64,000 bases of DNA from the human T2T-CHM13v2.0 reference genome, Homo sapiens. The DNA lies in NCBI RefSeq assembly GCF_009914755.1, contig NC_060928.1; one strand, written 5' to 3'. Positions within the stretch are counted from its first letter, which is position 1. Every line of letters begins with the position of its first letter. Under the pieces are notes generated by a model. That model ran no database searches. It was given only the letters and a program-made list of their open reading frames with translations, and was not told the DNA's origin. Below are positions 1 through 13,535 of the stretch, piece after piece. Both the position numbers and the translations under genes were made by a program.

Positions 1-144
1 CAACTCAGCGAGGGTCCATCTCAGAAGGTAGGCATAGGACCTCTCCCCAGTAGGAGATGAAGACCAGTCCTCACTCAAAAGTTTTGTTTTAGCAAGAATA
101 ACCTGGAAAACTCTGAAAAAAGAAGAGCATAGTTTGAAGCATCC

Positions 145-725
145 ATAATTCAAACACTGTGGTATTGGCACATGACTGGACAGAAGGCACAATGGACAGA
201 AATAGGCCCAGTTACATGTGGAACTGTATATATATATGATAAGGTGCTATCGCATATCAAGAAGGAGGAGTTGGACTTTTTAGTAAGTGATGTTGGGTTA
301 ACTGAAAGGCCATATAGAAAATATAAAGTTGAATTTTTTCTTCACCCAGTCACAGTAAGATAAATTTCAAATGGGTCAAAAATTTAAAGGTAAATAAAAA
401 TGAAACCATATACATATTAAAATAAAATATGGATGAATTCTCTTATAACATGGGAATGGGAAAACCCATCCTAACTATGACTCAAAATTCAGATGAAATA
501 AGGAACAGATGAATAAATCATTACTTATCAACTTAAAATAACAAAACACTTTTGTATGGTGAGAAGCCACGTAAGCAAAGTAAAAAAGAAAGAAAATGAG
601 TGACAAACTAAAAAAAAATTTGCAATGAATTTAAAATGTAGGATTGATTAACTAAATACTCTGTAGTCCTGAATTTGAATTAGAAGTATCAGCAAGAACT
701 CAAAGTATATTTTATCTTTAAAATA
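145..725 (+). mobile_element. Ancient LINE-1 (L1M, probably L1MC/L1ME) ORF2 3' fragment
   Basis: Degenerate L1 ORF2 motifs (ACTGTGGTATTGGCAC..., ATAAATTTCAAATGGGTCAAAAATTTAAA, CTAACTATGACTCAAAATTCAGA); A-rich plus strand. Confidence 0.7.
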
Positions 726-727
726 TA

Positions 728-1210
728 AGCTACAGACTGGGGAAAATATGTGCAAAAAACATATTTGATAAAGGACTATTATTTAAAATATACAAAGAAC
801 TCTTAAAACTCGATGATAACAAACAACCCCATTAAACGACGGACCAAAGACCTTAACAGACACCTCACTAAAGAAGATACACAGATGGCAAATAAGCATA
901 TGGAAAGATGTTCCCCATCATACGTCATCAGGGAACTGAAAATTAAAGCAACAATGAGATACTACTACGCACTCATTAGAATGGCCAAAATCCTAACACT
1001 GACAATACCAAAGGCTGGTAAAAATGTGGTGCAACAGAAATTCTCAACAGGATCTTCGCATTCCCTGCTGGTGGGAATGCAAAATGGTACAGCCACTTTG
1101 GAAGACAGTTTGGCAGTTTCTAACAAAGCTAAACATACTCTTACCAATCTCTGTCCCTTCTGCTCAATTTTTCTGAGAACATAAAACTGCTCTTTAAAAA
1201 AAAAAACCTC
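728..1210 (+). mobile_element. LINE-1 (L1MC1/L1MB-like) ORF2 C-terminus plus 3' end, internally deleted
   Basis: ORF 813-1184 (KDLNRHLTKEDTQMANKHMERCS) resembles the L1 ORF2p C-terminus; 3' end TCTCTGTCCCTTCTGCTCAATTTT...AAAACTGCTCT plus A tail. Confidence 0.85.
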
Positions 1211-1229
1211 TTTTTAAAAATTAAAAAAT

Positions 1230-2130
1230 AGATTGAAAAAATGCATATTTACTCTGAAAAAGCCCAGAAATAAAAACCAACCCTGTACCACTGAATATTC
1301 CTAGCGTCCAGATTGTGGTCTTTAAATGCCATTTCCACTAAAAGGAACCAGGGGGAATAACTGATTTCTCCAAGAGAAAAAGCTAATTCCAGGTCTAGGG
1401 TAGGAACTGTACAAGATGAGCCTGGGACATCTTGTTATATCAGACAGCACGCAAGACATCAAAGACCACTGGAGCCAGGTCAAAAGAACCCAGGAGCCAA
1501 CTTGCAGAGGCTCCCCAGAGACAAAAGTGGAATAATATGGCCATCAGTATGGAAAAAAAAACTGCAGTGGATTGAAACACACCAAATATGTTTAAATCCC
1601 TGAATCCAGAATAATACTTGAGAAAGAAACTCATTGATCACATTTAATGGATCAACAAACAACTAGGGAACCAGCAAACAACTTTGAACCAAGCATTTAT
1701 CTTGCCTTTCCTGCATGAATTACATCTCAACATTTCAGGATAACTAGACCACTGATAAAATGTTCGAATTTAGAAAATATGTGTTAATAAATGAAGAGGG
1801 AATAATAGAATTAGGAATGATCATCAGTGGCTGCTGACATTGCAAAAAGGGAGACAAAAAGTCATTATGTGCCTCTTGTGGGAGGTGCACAATGTCATCT
1901 TTAAAGTGTTGCCAAAATGTTGAACCTGAATCTTATTGAGACTTCATTCTAGATCGAAAAACCAATTTTAAAAAAAATACAATGGATAAAATTACATTTT
2001 AAGTACATCATAAAGATGTAGTCAGCAAAATCTTGACTGTGGAATACTTTGAAGATGAAATAAAGTTTAGATCAAAGACTAAACTGCAAGGAAAAGAGGG
2101 AGAGAATGAAAGAGGAGGAGGAAGAAAAGA
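1230..2130 (+). mobile_element. L1MC3/L1MC4-like 3' region
   Basis: CCATTTCCACTAAAAGGAACCAGGG...GTACAAGATGAGCCTGGGACATCTTGTT, characteristic of L1MC 3' UTRs. Confidence 0.7.
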
Positions 2131-2141
2131 AGGAGACAGTC

Positions 2142-2441
<300 letters not shown>

Positions 2442-2545
2442 GAGACATTCTTAAAAATTGAAACAGTTAAGCAACATATCAGCCTTTATAAGGTGTTGGG
2501 CTTATTTGAAATAGGCTTCCAAAAAATGAACTATAAAAATCACTG

Positions 2546-2840
2546 GGCCGGGTGCAGTGGCTCATACCTGTAATCCCAATACTTCGGGCAGCCAAGGTGT
2601 GGGGATCTCTTGAGTTCCAGAGTTTGAGGCTAGCGGGGGCAACATAGTGAGACCCTGTTTCTACAAAAAATAAAAAAATTAGCCAGGCATGGTGGTGTGT
2701 GCCTGTGGTCGCAGCTACTTGTGAGACTGAGGTAGGAGGATCACTTGTTTCCGGAAGGTTAAGGCTGCAGCAAGCTATGATCACAGCACTGCCCTTCAGC
2801 CTGGGCAACAGAACAAGACCTTGTCTCAAAAAAAGAAAAA
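2546..2840 (+). mobile_element. AluJ, full length, diverged
   Basis: GGCCGGGTGCAGTGGCTCA... dimer with AluJ features (GGCAACATAGTGAGACC, GGAGGATCACTTG, GCTATGATC). Confidence 0.93.
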
Positions 2841-3175
2841 TATTGATAAGACAATTGGGGAAATTGGGAACACCGGATAGTTAGTAATATTAAGGAATTG
2901 TTGTTAATTTCATTTCATTGTAAAGATAGTACTTTGGTTATATTTTAAAATAATTCTTTTATTTTAGAAATACACACAACAATATTTGTGTTATATTGTG
3001 ATATCTTAGATTAGCTTCCAAATCCACATGAAAGAAGAGGAGGCAAGAGAAATAATGTGAAACAAGAGTGGTCCTGAGTTGATCATGCTTGGATCTGTTA
3101 TGGATATGTGTGAATTCATTGTTCCACTTTCTCTACTTTTGTATATGTTGGAAATTTTCCATGATAAGACACTTT
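2841..3175 (+). mobile_element. Continuation of the old L1MC 3' end
   Basis: GACAATTGGGGAAATT...ATATTAAGGAATT...CTACTTTTGTATATGTTGGAAATTTTCCAT terminal motif. Confidence 0.7.
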
Positions 3176-3312
3176 TTTTCAAGTTTTGTTTCCTTTTGTG
3201 AAGAAATGGCTTTGAGGAGTTTTGGTTGTTTGCCTACAGCAGAAGCATGCAACAAGCACTTAATGAGCACCTACCACATACATAGCTTAGGGAGACCACC
3301 TGCATACTTCAA

Positions 3313-3455
3313 TAGGTCAAAGGACACAAAGTAGCAGAGACATAGGATGAACAAGCCCAGAGATCTGATGTTCAACATGAGCACTAAAGGTAATAATATT
3401 GTATTGTATTTGTGATTTTTGCCAAATGAGTAGATTTTAGCTGCTCTTGCCACAA

Positions 3456-3490
<35 letters not shown>

Positions 3491-3620
3491 GAGTAACTAT
3501 GCGAGATGATAAATATGGTAACTTGCTTCACTATAGTAACCATTTTACTCTCTATATGTATCCCATGATATCATGTTGAATACCTTAAATATGCATAATA
3601 AAATTTATTTTTTAAAAATA
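3313..3620 (+). mobile_element. L1MA/L1MB 3' end fragment
   Basis: GGTCAAAGGACACAAAGTAGCAG...TAGATTTTAGCTGCTCTTGCCAC...ATACCTTAAATATGCATAATAAA. Confidence 0.8.
3457..3488. repeat. (CA)n microsatellite
   Basis: Uninterrupted AC dinucleotide run. Confidence 0.95.
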
Positions 3621-4999
3621 GTTCAGGTGGAAGAGAATGTAGTATTGTGGTGGCAGGGGAAAAATGGAAAAGAGGGGATGTTTATTAGGAAAAAATACGA
3701 GCCACTGTGAAATCGAGGCAGGCTCCAACAAAGAAACATTCAGATATGTTTTCTTTAATGTCCTTGGATGGACCTATGAAAAAGCCAGTTGTCTAAAAGG
3801 ACAATAGATTTCTCTATTTGAATGGAAGTTTAAGTTCTTTGAATTCTATTAGAATTAAATACCTTGAGAATTTACATTTTTAAAATTCATTTATGATCAG
3901 AAACCAAACATTCTATTACAGTTTACAAGGTCTGCACTGTTACCTGGAAAATAATGGATAAACAAATTCCTTGCAGAATAATTAACAATGCTCCATATTG
4001 CTGCTGCCACAGAAGAGTCTTGACCTTTATCTTACCTATGTATTTATTCTACTCCTGCTGTCTTCCAGCAGCCCATGCTGGGCTTGAGGCTTGAAGTGGT
4101 CCCTTATGAGGACACAGGAAGAGCCCATACTCAAGTCAAGCTGCCTCAAGGCACGGGGTCTGTCAAAGTATGGAAAGACTGTGTGTGGAGTTGGAAAACC
4201 ATCTGAACCAGAACTGCACCCAGAATTAACAAGATCCTTGGTTTCTCTCCAACTGACCCTGTTTTCTCCACATGGAGGCTCTCTTCTTCACTCCCCTGAC
4301 CTTCCTCTTCTTTCCCTTGGCTTCTGTCCAGTCTTAACTTGCACAAGGATCATGAGAGCCCCTTCAGATCCAGTTCTATCTCATCCCTTTGCAGTTCCAC
4401 CATGGTGGTGTTTAGTTTCAGTTACTGAGTGAAGAAATACAATTGGTCCAGCCTGTCTTCCATGTCATTGCAAAGCCTAAGGACTGCCCCTGGTCAAAGG
4501 CCTATGCATGTCCTATCAGCTGTGGCCTAGGGAGGAGGTGAGCTGAGTCACATAGCACAAAACATGGCTGCCTGTAACTGCCCCTTGAGCAGGGCCTGTG
4601 GATGGGGCAGAGTCTCTTAGAAGGGGCCCCAAGAAGTCTAGTACTGTGTAGATTTCTAATATATCCTGCCAGCTTTGAGCTGACTGCTACTAATTTTTAT
4701 AGGAGTCTCAAAACCAGTTTGGGCCTCCATTTACCAAACCCCAAATTCTAACTCATCTCAAGTGAAGGAGATTTAGGATTTGGCAGCCTACTCAGTGCAA
4801 CTTACCAGGAAATAACCTTAGGCCCCAGGAATAAAACTATTTTCAACTTCTGCCACCCTCTCAGCTCCTTAGAAGACACAAACAGAACCGATTACCATCT
4901 TGGCCACTAGGGAAAATGCTTAGGGTGAAGGGGTAAGTTTTGTTACTGCTGATATTTATCAGTGTTGAAGCTATCAATAATTATATGACTAGCAATTGT

Positions 5000-5190
5000 T
5001 TGCCAAACATTTGTGATATGATAGGCAGTGTTCCTAGAGCTCTTACATAGGCCGCCACATTTAATCCTCCCAACAATAGGTCTCTCTCTACTTGACAGAT
5101 GAGTAAACTGAGGCTTAGAGAGGCTGAGTAATTTGTCTGAGGTCACACAGCTATGAAGTAGCACATCTAGAATCTGAATCTTGAACTGAT
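5000..5190 (-). mobile_element. MIR
   Basis: ACAGATGAGTAAACTGAGGCTTAGAGAGG...AGGTCACACAGCT, antisense MIR core. Confidence 0.85.
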
Positions 5191-6524
5191 TCCTTAATCA
5201 ATATGTTATGTTGTCCTCTGTGCTGGATTCTATCACTGCTGCCTTGCGACCTCTGGTCATGTCACTTAACTCCACTGGCCCTCATCATATCTTCAGTAAA
5301 AAGGGCCCATCTTTTAATCATTGAAATATTTTTCCCAACTTGTTTGGACATGGTTAAGTGCCCAAGCTGCAGTCTCAGAGTGACCCGACTCATTCTGGGA
5401 ACAAATGTCCCTGATTTAGCAAACTCATTCAATGGCTACATATTCTGATAAGGGGGTCTTGGCCTGCACAGCATGCAAATGCATTTCAAAATGAACTCAT
5501 TTATGATTGCTTTAAGAAAAACTCCAACATAATGAGTTTCTGTGGCTTTATTTACAAAAAGGGAACTTTCAGACTCTGCAATTACCCAAAGCAGTAAAGC
5601 AGCAAAGAAAGCCAGCATGTTAAATAATAATTGCAAATGTTATATAAATGAGAGTGGTTTGATTGAATTTATTAGATATGTGTTGCTGGCATTTTAAGAT
5701 ATAAAGCATTTATCACAAAATGATGATTTCTTCACTTAAGCTCATTAGGAAATCACACATCAATTCACACATAATTACAGGGGAATTTCTGCTGCTCCCC
5801 ACAAATCATTACCATGTTAGCTGAAGTCGAATTGGTTTTTCCATGATTTGGAAAGATGAGTTCTCAACAGGAACCCATAGAGAGAGGAGCTACACTTCCC
5901 TGGGGTCCCCACATCCTTGAATCAGTCAGAGGAAAGAGTGGCCTAAGGACTTTACTACAAAAGGCTAGGACTAGTCCCAAGCAAGAGCTGAGGCTTTCTC
6001 TCCATCAGAATCTCGGCATGTGGATCACCCTGCTTCGATAGATGATGAGTTAAGAGTCTAGAGATATTACTTGCACCGGACAAGTGATGACCACGATTTG
6101 AGAGAAAATTGGAAGTAGGAGTGAGAGAAGAGAAAAAAAAATGAAGGGGGCATAAATATAAGTTTATAAAATGTGTTCAATGTGAGTGTTATTTATAGTT
6201 AATGAGCAAGATACAAGGCTGCCAAGTGGCCATGAACCAACCAAGAGGAAGAACAGTCTTTTGATACTCCTATAGTTGGCAGATAATGGCTTCAGATTTT
6301 CTTAATATGCATCTTGTAAAATGTAAACTTACTGGCCATTCAAAAGTGTCCTTCCTTGCAAGACTGACTCTCATCTTTCTTTCCTTTCCCTATATATGAG
6401 ACAAATTAATTATACAAGGAAGTCATAGGAGAGACAGGGTGGGAGACAGAATAAGGAAAAGGACATATGAGAGCAGTGAGTGGTTATTAGAAGTAAAGAA
6501 AAATGGAGCTTTAGCTAGCATGAA

Positions 6525-7300
6525 TCACTGGTCTATTTCCTTAATATATAAAGAGCTCTTATGAATCGATAAGAAAAAAAGCCAACAATTCATAGAAAAA
6601 TGGGCAAAGATCATGAAAAGGTAACTGACAAAGAAAGAAATGCAAATGACTTTCCAACACAGATAAGATACTCAATCTCATTTAAAATTAAATAACCAAG
6701 TTAAAACAATAATGAGCTACAACTTTTAACCTATCAAGTTGATAAAAATCAAAAAAGTTAGATAATATACCATGTTAGTAAGAAAACACTCATATAACTG
6801 GTGAAGTTTCATGTGCAACAACTTCTCTGGGGAGTAAAATTTGTCAGTGTATATCAAATTTTTAAATAAACATACACTTTGACCCAACAAGTCCACTTCT
6901 ATAAATTTATTCCATGGCTATATTTACACATGTTGGACAATTTACATGGGGATATTTATTGTAGTATTACAATAGCAAGAGAATGGAAAAACCTAAATTG
7001 TCCAACAATTAGAAAATAAAGAATGCCATGTAACAATTAATAAAAGAATAAGATAGGCTTATTTGTATGTATTGAGAAATAACAATCTCCTAGAAATAAA
7101 ACAAAGTTTTAGAAAAGCAAGGAAAGTGTATAATATACTAACATTTATATAAAAGCAAAAGGATATAGATGTATATGTATACATATGAATATAGAACATA
7201 TTCATATATAGAATATATGAAAATACAAAGAACGCTTTTCCTATGGAGAACTGGTAATAGAATTTGTTATCATTGCCCATGCCAGACCAGCATTAGAAAT
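6525..7300 (+). mobile_element. L1ME-like ORF2 end / 3' UTR fragment
   Basis: ATATATAAAGAGCTCTTATGAATC...AAAATGGGCAAAGATCATGAA...CTTTGACCCAACAAGTCCACTTCT. Confidence 0.75.
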
Positions 7301-10300
7301 TATAGAATTTATTTAATATAATTCTGAAGGTTTTTTATATTTCTCTATTAGAAAAATAATCTTTGAAATTTAAACTCATGTGTGTGTATGTGTGTGTGTA
7401 CATACACATGCATTTGCATGCTTATAAACAGTATATTTCTGGAAGGACACTAAAGAAAGTGTGGTGGTCTCTGAGAAACAAGGGGGTCGGGGGCTTTGGA
7501 ATTAGAAATTTTTTTACTGTAAGTTAATTCATAGTATTAGGCTTTTTTTTTTTAACCAAGTTACTATATTACATTTTTAAATCAAAAACCAGACGTATGG
7601 GTTGGGGGTGGGGGGACTCTTTGTGATATAAATAGAAATGAGGTCTGTGAGAATCATTTAAACCAAAGAAAAATCACAAGTTAGGTTCTTGGGAGCAGAG
7701 AAGCATCATCTTGAGAAGAAAGACTGTCAAATGGAGGAGGCAGCCCTGACACTGGACATCACACATCGTCGCTGGACACATGTGGGTTTCTATTACTCTG
7801 TTTCTAAAACAGGGGAAGTGGTGGAGGAGAATACATTCTCAGAGGCCCCCTTCCCTGCCTCTCAGGAGATGTTTTAAGGGTGATGGAACTATTATATGAC
7901 ATGCTTCCTAATGGCTTTTTTACAGTATGTCTTCTCAGGAAAGATGTAAGAGATAAATGACAGACATCAGTATTAAAACTCCCCTTCAGAGAGCAAACCA
8001 CCATTTGGAGGGAAACTGCTTTGGAAAGCGAGTGAACTTTTTCTGGAAATTAATGCAAGTCAAAAATCTTCAAAGAAAGATTTTAATTGAAAACTCAAGA
8101 CCTTTTCCTATAGATAGTTCTGGGAGCTGGAATTTCTCTTCAGTTTGCCTTGGGCTTCATAAGACATTTGGGGTCCTGGATCCCGTATCTCCACCAGCAG
8201 CACAGAGCCAGTAGTTTACAGAGCATGGCCATTTGTCCTGGGTCCTGCTGGGAAGTCACAGACAAAATACCCTGAAGCCCCCAAGCCCTTCAGTGCTCTG
8301 AAAGTCTGCTGTGAATAAGAACACCACACTTCCTGGACTTTACCTGACTCCTGGGTACCAGAACTTGAGTCTCCCTCAGGTGTCCTGGAAGTACTCAAGG
8401 TTGTGAGTGATTTTGCCTTAATTCCAAGGGGAATGAATGCTGGCTAGTGCTTGCCATTTCAGAGCTGCTGGAGGCTAGTTAAGAAAACAGAACCAGAGTT
8501 TTTTAAAAAACTGTGCTGAGACCAGGCAGTTCAGGGCATTTTCTCGTGAATGAGCTTTGCACAATCAGCTCAGGAAGTTGCTAGCCTAGGATCTGAACTG
8601 CTCAAATCCAAAATTTGCTAGCCTAATAGCCAATAAAAAAAAACCAAAAGAGAGGGGGAAAAATACATGCAGTGTCTTCTTGAAGGATTAGCTGAAGAAT
8701 TATACCAATTTTTTTTTTAATGCTCAAATCTCCAGACAAGTGAGAGTACGAAAGAGATTCTCTTGTTAAGAATGAAAAGGGGGAAAGAATTCACCTCTCC
8801 TTTCAGGTGTAGAAGGAGGAAAGCAATGAATAGAAAAGGGAAATGGTTTCCTCCTTTTTGGGAAAGAATAGTATTAACCTTCAAGTAACTGCAGAGGTTG
8901 TCGGAGCTTATACAAGGAAACTCTTCAGAAAGACAGAAACATGAATCATGGGTCGTTTTATCTCCACTTTAAAGCACTCGAACATTCAAATTCCCTAAAG
9001 AAAAGAGAGCGGGTGGGGCAAATGATCCAATCTACTGGATTTATTAATATCCCCAGCGCCAGCCCAGGAGGATCCTTAGTTTCTGCTAGTGACACTAGCC
9101 GTGTTTTTTCCTGAGGTTGAGTCACAGTTTCCCTAGTCATGGGGTTGAGGTCACTGGAGAGGGGACGTGGGAGCCATTCTGGGTGTGCTTTTATTTTTAA
9201 TAGACTAGTGAGAAGTTGGCAGGACCCGTTACAGGAAGTCACGTGCTGGAACAGAGGTGCTTGATGCCGGGAGTTTGATGAGTGTCTGAAGAATGTTCTG
9301 TTAACAATATGAAGGCTCCAGATGGCAAACTGGGAAGGAGCAATCCACTAAGTGCACTTAGAAAGGCCGTGTGCAGTTGCCCAGTACAGTACCAGGTCAG
9401 TGAAGAAATAGGAGTGGATGGGAAGTGGCTGGCTCGCCTTGGTGATATATGAAGGATTATGGGGCAGAAGTCTTATCATAGGAATTTATTTTCTCTGGGA
9501 AAGGGCTGATGCATTTCCTTTTCCAGCAACATACATCAGGGCCTGACATTTATTTGACATTCTCCCATCAGATATTCATGAACACATAGCCTGAGCTGAA
9601 CATTGTATTTGCAATTGCATGGCAAATGCGATGGACAAGGCCCCTTCCCTCGGGCAGCTTGCAGGCCTGGGCATGGTACCCACAAGAAAGAGATGACTGC
9701 ATATTGTGTGGCGAGGACCACAAGGAGGGGAAGCATTGATGTCTGGGGCCATAAGAGGGGTACTTGGGTGTCAAAAAGGAGTCTTGGAAAAAGAAGCAGT
9801 CGGCTCTAGCAATACAAAGGGAGAAGGGGCCCAGGTAGAGAAGGCAGGTTGTATAAGGACCAGCAGCAAGGGACAGAAACAGAGGCCCCTCCATTTCCTT
9901 GCCTTGTCTATCTTTCTCTTTCTCCTCTCACTCCTTTCAAATCTTGACTCCACACCCTTCAGAACTCACCCAACCCTGCTCCTCTCTGCCCATACCATGC
10001 CCTGTCAGCTCCTTGCCCAGCAGTTCCAGCTGCAGGCTGCCCTGATCCAGTCTGATGCTCTGGCACCGGATCTGATGCCAGCCCCAGGCTCAGTCCTGGT
10101 TGCAGCTGACGTTCCCTCTCCTCTTTCTTCTTCTCCCCTCCTTTACCCTCTCCCTCTCAATGAAAAACATGAAGAGGATTGTGAGGGGCAAGTAAGTAGA
10201 AAGGGGCAGGTGAAATGCAGCCCATGAATGGTTTATACCAGGAGCAGCAGTAAAAACAAAAAATCCTTAACTTCAAACCAGTCCTTCACAGAGAAACTGA

Positions 10301-12242
10301 AGTGCAATTTCATCTTGCCTCACCTCATCTTAAGTGCTCATGGGTGAGACCAAGGAGCTGACAGAAAAGGAGAAAAGTTTAATTTTTCTGCATACTAGCA
10401 AATGTCCATTTTGAATGGCTTTTCATTAAATTACCTAAATACTTCTGTTTTCCATCATAGATCCTTGGACACACGATCTTTTCAACAGAACCCTAGTGGA
10501 CTTTAATCATGGTTTTATACCTTCATATCTTTTTATTTCCATAGTGCCTAACCTACTTGATAAACTATTTTTTAATGAATGAATGGCTTAAATTGTTTTT
10601 GGGTTGAGCTTGAACTTACTTAAAGGCAAAACCCAAAAAGAAAACCTGTCTCATCTAGGCAAGGTTAATGTAGTTTGTAGATATCACAAATGGTTTTCGT
10701 TACCCAGAAAATAAAAAAAGGGTGAGCCTCAACTTCTGTAACTGGCAGCTCATCAGATCAATACTCAGCTATTCACTAAGAACATCCAAATAATGTCAAT
10801 AAAGCAAACTTTGCCTAAAGGTATTTGTCTATTAAGACTCTCCAAGATTGTATTTATGTGTCAGAAACAGAGCAGTGGGAGAGAAGGAAAGAAATACTTT
10901 CTGGAGCCAAAGTCTGAGCTGATCACGTAGGATCATCTTACTGCTCATTCTTGGGACTTCACCCCTCCCTTTGCCTCCTGCCTAAAATGCCTATCACTTT
11001 GCACAGATTTGCAAGTCAACCCACCAGATCCTCCCCACAGCCTAATTTGCTATGATGTATACTTAATAGAATTTGGATCTGGGACTTCATCCAAAATCAT
11101 CACAAGAAGGACCAGAAAAATCTCATTAGGACATTCACACCCATGATACAAGCCCATGACAAGAGTCCCAAGACTCCAAGCATTTTTATATTTGAGAATT
11201 CAGTGTCTCAAATGGTTGTCAGTAGAAGGCTATCCTTGTTGGTTGCTTATTTCACCTTTCCATGCTTTTTGCAGAAGCTAAAAGATCATATAGTAAACTT
11301 GTATATTGTAAGACTCTTAGGAACCCCTAAATTCATAATCTCCCTCGAAAACCCAATGGCCAGTAGGCAACAACAATGCAGACTTAAGATGTGGATGCTG
11401 GGCAGCAAGGCTGGCTCCCTCACTAGCCAGAGGGACGTTCATCCACATCAGCGCCTGAGTGAAGTTCAATTTTGTACCTCTGCAAACTCTACATGCAGTG
11501 GACTTAGGATTGGGGGTAGGGAAAAACATAACTGTGAAAGTGAGAACATTAAATCTGCGGATACCAACACTCTGCCATGAAATAATTTCATAGATGGAGG
11601 TGCTTCACAGTTGAAAGCAACCCCACATCATTGTCCTGATGACAATGGGATGGAGACTGAGAAAAACATCCTGACAAGTCTGGAAGGAACAAAGGTCTTT
11701 CATTGCCTACACTATTACAGAAAGAGGACATACCATCAGGGAGAGACAAACCAGGTACATTCCTGTCTTTCATCTGTAAGATGCAATCATCTCTGAAAGA
11801 TGGTGTTCGATCCTTTTCCGGAGGTGGAAGGCAGTTAAAGATACCCAGAGAAAGAAGGGGTGCACACCAGAAGCGGCACCCGCAGGAAGTGCCTTGCTGA
11901 AAGCACGGCTGGGTGCTCACAACTGCTCGAAGCTTGGCAAAGTTTCCTGGGACTACAAGAAGGTTCTGCACTGAGCAGGTGGAAGGTGCCTCCCAGCCGG
12001 AGGGGACAGCTGGGTACAGAATGTGAAGAGCACAGCATTCAGGAGCAACTTGCCATTGTACCCTCACCTCTTTGTTTTCCCCCCTGCCGGGTCAGCTCAC
12101 TGCGCACTGCTGACGATGCGGAGCTTCTCTGATCTTGTGAACGAGATAAGAACTACGGAGTGTGGAAGGAAGGAAGAAATGTGGCTTCTTTCAATTTGTC
12201 CTCCATGTGCCCACCACACATGCTCATCAAGAAGCTTGCTTT

Positions 12243-12408
12243 GGCTGGGCATGGTGGCTCACACCTGTAATCCCAGCACTTCAGGAGGCTGAGGTGGGAC
12301 GATCACTTGAGGCCAAGAGTTCAATACTAGCCTGTGTGGGCAACATAGTGAGACCCCATCTCTACCCAACAAATAATAATTAACTAATTAAAAAAACAAA
12401 AACAAAAA
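12243..12408 (+). mobile_element. Free left Alu monomer (FLAM-like)
   Basis: Single left arm GGCTGGGCATGGTGGCTCAC...GAGACCCCATCTCTAC plus A-rich tail, no right arm. Confidence 0.9.
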
Positions 12409-13479
12409 TCATGTTTCCTCTGGGTTCTGCTGCATTCCCACTGATGTAACTAGTTGGGGTCTCACCAGACGCACAGCCTTCCTCAAAGGGACTCGGCACC
12501 CCACACAGGATAGAACTGGGCAATGTAGTGTGTGTCACCAGGACCCAAACAGGCCTCTAGCTCTCAGGGTCCCCGGGCCGAGGCCACCAGTGCAGCCAGG
12601 CCAGCTTCCTGCAGGCTATGGGGGTGGGAAAAGCTGGCCCTCCTCCTCTGAACGTCAGAGCCTCAGGGAGGCGGCCACAGATGTGTCCTCTTTACAGCCT
12701 CCTCTTTGGTTCATCAAGCAGCCCTTCTCCCAAATATAACCTTCAGCAAAGACAGCGCCTCCCAAGCTCAGGACACAGGAACAAGTCATTCATCTGCCAG
12801 CCAGGATGCAGCGGCCCCGGGACCCAGCCAGCGAGCTTGTCAGTAGAAATTACTCAGCCTGGCAGCCTCTCTCCCGCCCGCATTCCCGGAGCCAGAGCCT
12901 CTCTGCAGAGGCAGCACCTGATCTCCCTGGGGCCGCAGCAGACGCAGTCTGGAATCCAGCTCCCTCCGCCAGAGAGGGGTGGCCAATGCCTTGGCCTGAC
13001 CTCCAGCTGCCGCCCCAGCTTCTGGAGGCCCAATTCTCCCTTTCCGTCTGAATGTGGAAGAGCAAGCCAAGGGGGCCATGTCACCCCACATCCTCCAAAA
13101 GTGGAGTTCCCGTTGGCAGTGACCCCCCTGAATGTGTCCGGGGTGCTCCCGAGCTAATGCGGAGGAGAAGAGGTCACTTCGACTCCCCCCGCCCCAGGTA
13201 TGCTGGGGAGGCTTCTAAGAGAGGGCCTTCCGGACCCCTCATGTGCCAGCACCTGGGCCCTCACCCCGCACAGCTCACATCACAGAGAGCTGTGACCAGG
13301 CATCAGGACCAGCGCTTTCAGGGGAAGGAGAATAAAGAAGTGAAGGTCGAAAGAAACCAAAAGAAGAAAAAAGAAACCAAATTTAAATACAGAACAACAT
13401 ATAAACATAATGTATGAATTTACATATACAAATCAATCAGTGCAGGTGAAGGCGGTTGGCAAGTGGTCAGTTTGACAGA

Positions 13480-13535
13480 TCCATTCATTTAGTCAACAGT
13501 ATTTATTGAACCTTATTGTGTGCCAGATCCTGTTC
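13480..13535 (-). mobile_element. L2 3' end fragment
   Basis: CATTCATTTAGTCAACAGTATTTATTGAACC...TGTGTGCCAG. Confidence 0.65.

Noticed and set aside
813-1184. 123-aa ORF
   Set aside because: L1 ORF2 C-terminal remnant
8578-8625. Short direct repeats TTGCTAGCCTA (also GGTGACACCA at about 44190 and CATTG.CAATAGTC at about 29140)
   Set aside because: Too short to distinguish from chance or slippage
9706-10227. 173-aa ORF
   Set aside because: Non-ATG start, no recognisable family, composition follows purine and pyrimidine tracts
12618-13157. 179-aa ORF, the longest in the window
   Set aside because: Low-complexity P/S/Q/G composition, overlapping ORFs in several frames typical of GC-rich DNA, no recognisable domain
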